Below are positions 51,091 through 59,988 of a stretch of 64,000 nt of DNA, one piece after another; the stretch's first letter is position 1, and the number at the start of each line of letters is the position of its first letter. Source of the stretch: Mobula hypostoma (lineage: Eukaryota); contig NC_086097.1 of NCBI RefSeq assembly GCF_963921235.1, forward strand, positions 60,390,001 to 60,454,000, written 5' to 3'. The notes beneath the pieces were generated by a model that was not told the origin of the DNA, searched no databases, and saw only the letters and a list, made by a program, of their open reading frames with translations. The position numbers were made by a program, and so were the translations under genes.

Positions 51091-53988
51091 TCACAAGGGC
51101 TTAGTAGGAGGGGGACGGGTATTGACCGCAGAGTTATTGCAAAACTTCCTGCAGTACCCCACCATCTCCAAGAGCCTTCTGAGGGCCCTCTTGTCTGTCG
51201 GGGTTGGGAGGTCAGCGATAGCCTGCACTGTAGCTTGCATCGCTGCCAGCTGCCCCTGTGCCACCACAATTCCCAGGTAAGTGACCTTCGTGTGGCCGAA
51301 TTCATTTTTTTCAAGGTTCACTATCAAGCTGGCTTCAGACAGCCGTATTAAATTGCCAATACACACCTCTGTGTTCATCAGCCCTTTAGTCACTGAATTA
51401 CTCAAAAAATATGGGTGTTGTTTACTTGGCTGCCCTATTGTAACAGACATAACCCAACGTCCCAGTTCTTTGCATTTCCTCGGGACAATCAAACACATGG
51501 GTGCGAGTCGTTTAATTACTCCTTCGGGGATTAAGGGAGAGACCTTATCAGTAGACCTGGCCAAAACAATAGCCTTCTCCCATCTGACCGATCCCATCCT
51601 AATCTTTTCAAAATGGTTTTTTCCTCTTATCAAGGGGCCCCTAGCTTCATTGATTTCCACGCTAACACCGACTAGGTTTGTTAGCATATCAAAAGCCGGT
51701 GACCGTCTCAGTTCGCGTCGGTCATGATCAATAACATTCTTCCCCCTGGGCAGCCGGTAAATCTCTTTCATGATTCCACCAACTGTTTCCTCCAGCACCG
51801 CAAAATGTCCACCGGGGGGTACCTTGTGGGCCATGTTAAAAACCTCATCCCCATAACTCTTTTGCACCACCCCCCACTCCTCATCTGCGGATGCTGTACT
51901 TGATTTCCCTTTCTTCCCCAGCACCTCCTCATCCGCACAATAGCCTACTAGTTCCCTTGTCAAGGCTGTGTCAGAGAGAGCTGTCTCTGCAAAAACCATC
52001 AGCCCCTCGTCTCGCTCCTGCGTCTGCAGAAATTCTTTCCTGGCTACTGCTACGTCCGTCCCAGCTCCCTCACTACCTCTTATCTCACTACACCCTGTCT
52101 CATACAAGGTTGGCAGAAATGTTTCAGCCAAATTCACCATCGCGGGCGGGGCCTCCATGCTGGCAGGCTGACCCGTCAATCTCACGACTGGGAACACGAT
52201 TCCTCCGGCGATGTCATTACCGAGCAAGACTTCCACGTCTTTCATCGGTAATTCGGACCTCACCCCAATCGTGACTAGTCCAGAGACCAGGTTGCTCTGT
52301 AAGTGTATCTGGTGCAAAGGGACTGACTCTGTCCCTTCCCCAACACCTTTGACCTCTACCTCCCCAGTCTGGGTCTCTGAGCTAAACTCTAATACACTCT
52401 TCAGTATTAGTGACTGACACGCTCCCGTGTCTCTCCAGATCCGCACTGGAACTGGTTTTAACCCCTCCTTCACTGACACCAGTCCGGCCGAGATAAACCT
52501 CTCGCGCCCTTCCTGGACTTTTTCAGACCTGTCCTTCCCTAGCGGTTCGCTTAACAGCTCGATACAGCCATTCAAAATTTCCGCTTTTCCTTTCCCCGTC
52601 TCCTTCCTTGGGGCAAAGCACCTGGACGCAAAGTGTCCGACTTTCCCACAATTATAACAGACGACCCCAGGAGACTTCCTACCAGACTGCTCCCGGTCTA
52701 CCTTATCCTTTTCACTAGTCCCCGGCTTACTTTCTGACTTTTCCGGCGGACTCTCCCCGCCGTCCTGACTACCCTTCTGGTAGCCTTTACTCGGGGCAAC
52801 CTTCATTTTATGCGTCAACGCATACTCATCCGCTAACTTAGCAGTTGCGGCTAACGTGGCTGCCTCTTTCTCATCGAGGTAGGGTCTCATACCCTCAGGG
52901 ACACAACCTTTAAACTGCTCAATCAGAATCAGCTGCAGCAGTCTGTCATAATCCCCCTCTACCCCTTTCGAGGCGCACCAACGCTCACAATATGTTTGCA
53001 TCTCGCGAGCAAACTCCAAATACGTGCGGTCCCACCGCTTCCTCGCATTCCGGAACCTCTGCCGGTATGCCTCCGGGACCAACTCATAAATCCTGAGGAT
53101 GGCCTCCTTCACTACCTCATACTTCTGGGCATCTTCCGCGGATAAAGCGGAGTAAGCTTGTTGGGCCTTCCCTTTCAGTACACTCTGAAGTAAGACAACC
53201 CACTTATCCCTCGGCCATTCCTGACTTATAGCCACCTTTTCGAAGTGGAGAAAGTACCGATCCACATCGGTATCGTCAAATGGGGGAACCAGCCTAACCA
53301 CCTGGGTCGCCCGGAACCCTCCACCTTGGTTCGGCACGAGCCCCTGCTCGGCCCTTATCTTTAACTTCTCCAGCTCAAATTCCCTTTCCCTCTGTTTCTC
53401 CTCTCTCTCCAACTGTCTGTCCCTCTCTCTCTCTTCTCTCTCCAACTGTCTTTCTCTCTCTTGCCTTTCTACCTCTTTCTCTCTCTCTTGTCTTTCTACC
53501 TCTTTCTCTCTCTCCCGCCTTTCTAACTCTTTCTCTCTCTCCCGCCTTTCTAACTCTCTCTCTTTCTCCTGCCTTTCTAACTCTTTCTCTCTCTCCCGCC
53601 TTTCTAACTCTCTCTCTTTCTCCTGCCTTTCTAACTCTTTCTCTTTCTCCTGCCTTTCTAACTCTCTCTCTTTCTCCTGCCTTTCTAACTGCTTCTCTTC
53701 GTGTTCTAACTGCCGTACCCGGAACTCGTGCTCGAGTCTCAGTTTTTCAAGCTGTACCTGTACCGCGTCTCCAGCAGGTTTTTCAATAGACACCACCCCC
53801 AGCTCACCTTGGGGAAACACACCTTTAGATACATAGTGCTCTACAATAGCTCTGTGTATCTCCTCTCTCCTCATTGTCGACTTCACCTTAGCAAGATTCA
53901 CCCGTTTGGCCACAGCTATCAATTCCGATTTCCTGGCATCCTCTAATGCCTCCAAGGTCGGCGCCTTTATAAATTCCTCAACCTCCAT
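51091..53988 (-). CDS. Gag-protease polyprotein with vestigial in-frame integrase and RT fragments (965 aa)
   Basis: Coiled-coil repeat; Gmr1-type capsid (LVPPFDDTDVDRYFLHFEKVA...LILIEQFKGCVP); CCHC knuckle CYNCGKVGHFASRC; protease RDTGACQSLI and LLGND; partial integrase zinc finger AHKVPPGGHF; RT pieces KQHPY and VTYLG...LRRLLEMVGYCRKFC. Confidence 0.9.
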   Translation of the reverse strand: MEVEEFIKAPTLEALEDARKSELIAVAKRVNLAKVKSTMRREEIHRAIVEHYVSKGVFPQGELGVVSIEKPAGDAVQVQLEKLRLEHEFRVRQLEHEEKQLERQEKERELERQEKEKELERQEKERELERREREKELERQEKERELERREREKELERREREKEVERQEREKEVERQERERQLEREERERDRQLEREEKQREREFELEKLKIRAEQGLVPNQGGGFRATQVVRLVPPFDDTDVDRYFLHFEKVAISQEWPRDKWVVLLQSVLKGKAQQAYSALSAEDAQKYEVVKEAILRIYELVPEAYRQRFRNARKRWDRTYLEFAREMQTYCERWCASKGVEGDYDRLLQLILIEQFKGCVPEGMRPYLDEKEAATLAATAKLADEYALTHKMKVAPSKGYQKGSQDGGESPPEKSESKPGTSEKDKVDREQSGRKSPGVVCYNCGKVGHFASRCFAPRKETGKGKAEILNGCIELLSEPLGKDRSEKVQEGRERFISAGLVSVKEGLKPVPVRIWRDTGACQSLILKSVLEFSSETQTGEVEVKGVGEGTESVPLHQIHLQSNLVSGLVTIGVRSELPMKDVEVLLGNDIAGGIVFPVVRLTGQPASMEAPPAMVNLAETFLPTLYETGCSEIRGSEGAGTDVAVARKEFLQTQERDEGLMVFAETALSDTALTRELVGYCADEEVLGKKGKSSTASADEEWGVVQKSYGDEVFNMAHKVPPGGHFAVLEETVGGIMKEIYRLPRGKNVIDHDRRELRRSPAFDMLTNLVGVSVEINEARGPLIRGKNHFEKIRMGSVRWEKAIVLARSTDKVSPLIPEGVIKRLAPMCLIVPRKCKELGRWVMSVTIGQPSKQHPYFLSNSVTKGLMNTEVCIGNLIRLSEASLIVNLEKNEFGHTKVTYLGIVVAQGQLAAMQATVQAIADLPTPTDKRALRRLLEMVGYCRKFCNNSAVNTRPPPTKPL
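53400..53710 (-). repeat. 27-bp (9-aa) coding tandem repeat in gag
   Basis: About 11 units of E(L/V)ER(Q/R)E(K/R)E(R/K). Confidence 0.9.
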
Positions 53989-54064
53989 TTCTGCTGTTTG
54001 TCTTTTCTTTCTTTCGGGAATTTTAACCCAATCAATTTACTCCGTCCCAAATTTAGCGTTCAAA

Positions 54065-54083
54065 ATCGCGGACGAGAACCCCA
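54065..54083 (-). promoter_or_regulatory. Primer-binding site, tRNA-Pro-like (imperfect)
   Basis: TGGGGTTCTCGTCCGCGAT, 4 nt inside the 5' LTR, versus canonical tRNA-Pro PBS TGGGGGCTCGTCCGGGAT. Confidence 0.8.
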
Positions 54084-54087
54084 CTTA

Positions 54088-54944
54088 TGTTACGTACCCC
54101 GTAACTGGGTTGCCAAACCAGCAGAAATGGATCACTCAGTTGGAGTCTGGAGTACTAGAACTAAGAAAGTTTTATTAAAGAAACAAGCAACACAGTAATC
54201 GAAAGGATAATAAATGCAACAATTCAACAATGATAACCACACATGTGCACAGAATTAAGATAACAGCATCAATCAAGCTCTATCGTTGTCTAGGGGTAAA
54301 TGACCAATTTCAAAATGACTCAAAGTTCAGTCCAGTTTGTAGTTCAGTTCGCAGTAATCGTTGCCATGGCGATGGACAAGGTGGGGGAAGAGAGACAGAA
54401 TAGGAACAACTGATCATTCAGAACGGCTTCACTCACAGACCAGCGGGATGGCTCACAAACAGCATTTGGGCGGGTCCTTGGTGATGTCACCTGAGGTCAC
54501 CGACTGTGACCCCTCCTCCAGATGCGGTCGATCCTCTGCAGTGAACCCGGCACCCAGGCAAGGGCGGACACACACCGGGTTCCCGCTGATCGTACCTTTC
54601 CACCCTGGTCGTTGTCTGGCACTTCTCACCCACTCGTGAGAAGCGTACCGCTTCCAGGGTCTCGTTACCTCGGGTGGCGTGTGTGTCTGTCTTAGCGAAC
54701 CTGTCCCTTTTTATCCCCCTGCTGGGGTATCGCCTGTCCATCACTTCAAACAGTTCAGGGTTCAAAGGGGGGAGCCGCTCCAGACAGCTCTCTCTCCCAC
54801 ATCCCTTCATTACACATCTCCAGACGCTGCTCCATTGTTCCTTATCTCTCCTTCCCCTGAGGGCAGGTGGCAGACCAACTGCTGATGCCACTGATGCTAG
54901 CCCAGGCCAGCAAACATCTTAATTTTATGTGTATTCTCGTAACA
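54088..54944 (-). repeat. 5' LTR (857 bp)
   Basis: Matches the 3' LTR apart from a 2-bp indel (cagaacacggc versus cagaacggc), by eye. Confidence 0.96.
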
Positions 54945-55015
54945 CATTCCACCAGCATTTTGTGTGTGTTGCTAGCAAAGGGCATGTGTTGGGTGGTGAG
55001 GGTCCTTATTGATGA

Positions 55016-55681
55016 TCAGATTAGATTATGAGGACACTTAGTCCTCCTTTATTGTCATTTAGAAATGCACGCATTAAGAAATAATACAATGTTCCTCCAG
55101 TATTATATCACAAGAAAAGGGCAAACCAAAGACTAACACTGACAAGACCACATAATTATAACATGTAGTTACAGCAGTGCAAAGCAATACCATAATTTGG
55201 TAAAGAACAGACCATGGGAACGGTAAAAAAAAAGTCTCAGAGTTCCGATCGACTCCCGATAGTCCCCGATAGCAGACGGCAAAAGGGAGAAACTCTCTCT
55301 GCCATAAACCTCCAGCACCAACAACTGTCGATGCATTGAAAGCACCTGACCCCAGCCGACTCTGAGTCCGTCCAAAAACTTCGAGCATCTGACCAGCCCT
55401 TCGACACCGAGCACCAAGTACCATCTCTGCCGAGCGCTTTGACCCTGTCCCGGCCGCCGAGCAACAAGCAAAGCCGAGGATTTGGGGCCTTCCCCTCCGG
55501 AGATTCAGGATCACACAGTAACAGCGGCAGCGAAGAAGGCATTTCAGAAGTTTCTCCAGATGTTCCTCCGTTCTCTCACATCTGTCTTCATCAAATTAGG
55601 ATTGTGCACGGCACCCTACGTGACAGATTACAGATATCATTTACCGGAGTGGCCGCGCAAGCTGCGTCACGCCGCCATCTT
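55016..55681 (-). mobile_element. Non-coding, non-autonomous retroposon (CpG-rich, probably young)
   Basis: Begins AAGATGGCGGCG; ends AATAAA, a GAGGAC/GTCCTC hairpin and an (AATCT)n tail; interrupts the Rex remnant. Confidence 0.7.
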
Positions 55682-56609
55682 CTCCTCCTCCTTTCTTGAG
55701 GCATTACCTTGTAAAGGTGTCCTCGATGCTGGGAGGCTAGTGTCCATGATGGAAATTTCTGCAGCTTTCTCAGATCCAGTGCACCCTTAGTTACAGTACC
55801 TTCATGTGGCACTTGGAAAAAGAACTTCTATGGAAATTTCCACAGGTTGCGGAGGTTAAGGTGGAAATTAGAGGAGCTGAAGAGGGAAGTAGAGATGAAG
55901 GGTTGGAGTTGGGTGCTGTAAGTCTGTTAGCAGCCTGACGGGATGGTAAATAGTCTGAATCAGAATCCTGAGCATAACTTTTTTAAACATTCCCTATTTC
56001 TGGACAGAGACATAACAAAGGATGATGCCCACATTTTCTAAGTCAGGAGCTCTTCCACGCCAGGAGGAGTGGGATCAGCATGGTCTTACTGAATGTCAGA
56101 GCACAGGCACTAGGGTCTGCGTGGTCTTATCCTGTTTATGTTTGTGTTATTAAACAGCTGATGCTGACAGCTGTTCTGCCTTACGCAGCTCAGTGTGAAC
56201 TACATGGAGCACATCCAGCATCTCAAGACCTGTGCCAATGGCTCTCTCTTCAGCCACATTTAAATGAGGCCCATGATAACTTAGTTGGCAGATCTTCAGA
56301 GATGAGCAGAGGGCTGAAAGAAAGAGAGATTTATGAATATACCTTCTACCTGGAATTAATGAATATAATCTGTGTGGCACCACGTATGTGGTTTGTTTAC
56401 TATAGACTGTGATGGCCTCATATGATTGAAACTTACAGAAGTAAGTTCTGATATTTGTGGAGCTTAGATTTATGGTCTCAGGGGAGATACAAAGTCCATT
56501 TTGGAAGCAAACATACTCATTTTCTAGTTGATCTTTTTCCTCCAAGTCCCATACATGAAACTCTTAAGTATTTCAGACAATAGAGATTTGAAACCTGGTA
56601 TGTGGAATA

Positions 56610-56945
56610 TGTGGTCTGGAAGTCAAAGCCCAAATGCCAGTGCTCTAGGTCTGCACATCCACTGGAGAAGTTGAAGCCCAGTGTCTGTGAATCTGTGAGT
56701 CCACTGGAGGCCGGCGACCGGAGACAGGCTGCCCTCTGATTGTAGGTCGGTTTATGTGCATGGATGTGGGTGGGGGGGGAAATGGGGTTTGTTTTGCTGT
56801 TGCATTAGTGCATTAGTGTGCTGTTCTGCTGAGCATTATGGGCATCATGCTCTATTGACATTGGACTGTGTGGCAAAAGGTGTGGGCTGCCCCCAGAAGA
56901 TTGTGTTGGTTGTTAATACAAATGATACATTTCACTGCATATTTC
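56610..56945 (+). mobile_element. Non-autonomous retroposon fragment
   Basis: 3' part resembles the tail of the SINE at 29245-29535. Confidence 0.4.
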
Positions 56946-57990
56946 CAGAGAGTGAATTTACTGGGACCATGCAAGTCCAAATGGGTCATTGTGGACTGAT
57001 GCGTGATAGCACTCGATGAGGGTAACTCATGATACTATTGTCTTCTTTACCCAGTTGCTGATGGACAATTGAAACCATTCTATGACTAAATCACAAGATA
57101 GCTTTTGAATTAATTGGGTGGAAATGAGTCACTGTTGGTGGTTCTGGCATTTGTATCATGAGTATTAGGACACGATGCTCTGGAGCCTGGTTTCATTTGG
57201 GTTGTAAATGGAGTAGAATTGAAAATTTGAAAAGCTACCAGGATGAAGCCTTCACTTCCCCTGTGAACTGTCACATAACAAGAAATGCCAGTAAAGTGAA
57301 TGGAAATTTGGATAATCCACATCTCCATGATTGGATTTAAAACTTCTCCAAGAAATTTAAAGGAAGCTCTAGTGACCTAAATATAAATGTGGCAAAAGTT
57401 AAATATTGGAACAACATTTTGAAAGTTGGAGTACCGATGAGGTGAAAAAAATACATCTTATGGCCTGAATTCTGAAAAAAACAGTAACTGGAATTGGCAA
57501 ATGACAATGTTTATACAGAATAGGAAAGCATAATTTTTCAGCTTTGGAATTCATAGTGGTCAGTGTTCATATGTGTGGAGAATGGGGATAGTACTGCGAA
57601 AGAAATGGAAGGCTCTGGGTTCCTAAAGGAGAGTTGATAACATTAAAAAGTTAAAGAGAGTTGACTTCCATTGTATTCCCAGTGCTTTTCCAAGATCTGT
57701 TCGCCGAGGCCCTGATTAAACTACATCCATCAGTGTAAGCTGCACTATTAAAAACTGACTCAAGAGGAGTGCGATTAATATTGCCATGAGGCAATGTGAC
57801 CTAATATATCTCATCAACACTTTCATTGTGCATTGCAAGGGCAATGATGCTTTGACCAACAAACTTGACGTGTATTCAAAGTTCAATGTAAATTTATTAT
57901 CAAAGTACATAGTATATGTCTCCATATACAACCCTGAGATTCATCTGCTAGTGAGCACATTCAGTAAATCCAAGAACCATAATAGAGTCT

Positions 57991-59988
57991 TAATAGGGAA
58001 ACCTTGGATGAATTATGAGGTCACGTCCCTTTTAAAGACTAGAGCTGCAGCTTTTAGGTCCGGGGATACCAGTCGCTGCACGGAATCCAGGCGTGAACTC
58101 CGGAAAGCCATTAAGGGCGCCAAGAGGCAATATCGAGCCAAGTTGGAAGCCCAAGCTAACCAGAGGGATGCCAGTAGACTATGGCAGGGTCTAAATGAGA
58201 TCACTGGGCGCAAAGAAAAGGCTGCAAATATCAATAACTGTGGTGCTTCTCTTCCTGACGAACTTACTGTATTCCACGCGAGATTTGAACAGAAGAGGAG
58301 CGTCCTGCTCCCTCTGGACAATCCGGACCTGGTGGCATCGAGATTCATCATCACCGAGGAGGACGTTAGAAAGGCCTTCCTGAAGATAAATCTAAGGAAG
58401 GCAACGGGCCCAGATGGCGTCTCGGGACAGGTTCTCCGGGCCTGTGCAAGCGAGCTAGCTGGAGTGTTTGCTGACATGTTCAACTGCTTCTTGCTTCAGT
58501 CTAAGATCCCCTCGTGCTTTAAGAAGGCAACGATAATCCGAGTGCTGAAGAAGAGCAAGGTGGCATGCCTGAATGACTATCAACCTGTGGCTCTGACATC
58601 AATTGCTATGAAGTGCTTCGAAAGATTAGTTATGGCACACATCAACCACAGCCTACTGGTCAACCTTGACGTTTTGCAATTCGCCTACCGGAACAACAGG
58701 TCAACGACAGATGCCATCTCTCTGGCCCTACATTCCTTCTTAGAACACCTGGAGAATAAGGACGCATACATAAGGCTCCTTTCCATTGACAACAGCTCTG
58801 CCTTTAATACCATCATTCCAAATAAACTGATTCCTAAGCTCCAGAACCTGGGCCTTAACACTCAGATCTGCAGATGGATCTTCAACTTCCTCACAGACAG
58901 GACCCAGGCTGTAAAAATATGGGTCAAGCTCTCCTCTACAATCACTCTGAGCACTGGTGCCCTACAAGGCTGATGTACTCAGCCCCCTGCTGTACTCACT
59001 GTACACCCATGATTGTGTAGCCAAGTTTCCATCAAACTCAATATATAAGTTTGCTGCTGACACAACAGTTGTAGGCCATATCTTGGGTAGTGATGAGTTT
59101 GAGTACAGAGAGGAAATTAAGAACCTGGTGGAATGGTGTGAAGACAATAACCTATCCCTCAACATCAGCAAGACGAAGGAATTGGTTGTTGACTTCAGAA
59201 GGAGTAGCGGACCGCATGACCCAATTTACATCGGTGGTGCACAAGTGGAACAGGTCAAAAGCTTTAAGTTCCTCAGGGTCAATATCACAAATGACCTGAC
59301 TTGGTCCAACCAAGCAGAGTTAACTGCCAAGAAGGCCCACCAGTGCCTTTACTTCCTGAGAAAACTAAAGAAATTTGGCCTGTCTCCTAAAACCCTCACT
59401 ATTTTTTATAGATGCACCATAGAAAGCATTCTTCTAGGGTGCATCACAACCTGGTATGGAAGTTGTCCTGTCCAAAACCGAAAGAAGCTGCAGAAGATCG
59501 TGAACACGGCGCAGCACATCACACAAACAAATCTTCCGTCCTTGGACTCACTTTACACCGCACGCTGTCGAAGCAGTGTCGCCGGGATAATCAAGGACAT
59601 GACCCATCCAGCCAATACACTTTTTGTCCCTCTTCCTTCCGGGAGAAGGCTCAGGAGCTTGAAGACTCATACGGCCAGATTTGGGAACAGCTTCTTTCCA
59701 ACTGTGATAAGACTGCTGAACGGATCCTGACCCGGATCTGGGCCGTATCCTCCAAATATCAGGACCTGCCTCTCATTTTTTTTTGCACTACCTTACTTAC
59801 CATTTTTCTATTTTCTATTTATTATTTATAATTTAATTTTTTTAATATTTACTAATATTTACTATTTTTAACATTTAATATTTGTAATCCAGGGAGCGGG
59901 AAGTGCAGAATCAAATATCGCTGTGATGATTGTACGTTCTAGTATCAATTGTTTGGCGACAATAAAGTATAACGGATAAGTATAAAGT
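57991..59988 (+). mobile_element. Rex1/Babar LINE, young, 5'-truncated, covering the full RT
   Basis: [45 protein letters not shown]; frameshift near 58965; KFAADTT (catalytic D to A); (aagtat)n-like tail. Confidence 0.93.

Larger units (their letters stand above)
49916..54944 (-). mobile_element. Ty3/Gypsy LTR retrotransposon, Gmr1-like domain order, very young, pol-defective
   Basis: Two LTRs with TGTTACG...CGTAACA ends, 4-bp TSD CATT (49912-49915, 54945-54948), PBS, PPT, single 965-aa ORF. Confidence 0.96.
47536..54973 (-). mobile_element. Penelope-like element: RT and GIY-YIG remnant (47536-49358) plus inverted copy of its terminal repeat (49359-49915 and 54945-54973), interrupted by the LTR element
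   Basis: TMDVQSLYTSIPH, YINDC, FHPALKFT, LPFLDLSV, YLDYSSSHP, IPFSQFLRLRHICS; GIY-YIG-like VIYCIWCSQCSLLHIGET near 48220-48275; arms about 47552-48102 and 49359-49915/54945-54973 are reverse-complement homologues. Confidence 0.88.
47250..55785 (-). mobile_element. Old Rex-type LINE remnant split into pieces (47250-47535, 54975-55014, 55690-55785) by three younger insertions
   Basis: Pieces rejoin as gtaatgagaagag|ggcatg...ggtgagggtccttattgatg|...ttcttgaggcattacc, matching Rex-type antisense sequence at 22540-22900. Confidence 0.6.

Noticed and set aside
49916..54944. Endogenous retrovirus or domesticated Gag/SCAN host gene
   Set aside because: No env; Gypsy Gmr1-type motifs and 4-bp TSD; near-identical LTRs indicate a recent insertion, not domestication
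57786..58973. 395-aa ORF as a host gene or active RT
   Set aside because: First ~70 aa are read-through from flanking DNA; the rest is a 5'-truncated Rex RT with a frameshift and FAAD in place of FADD
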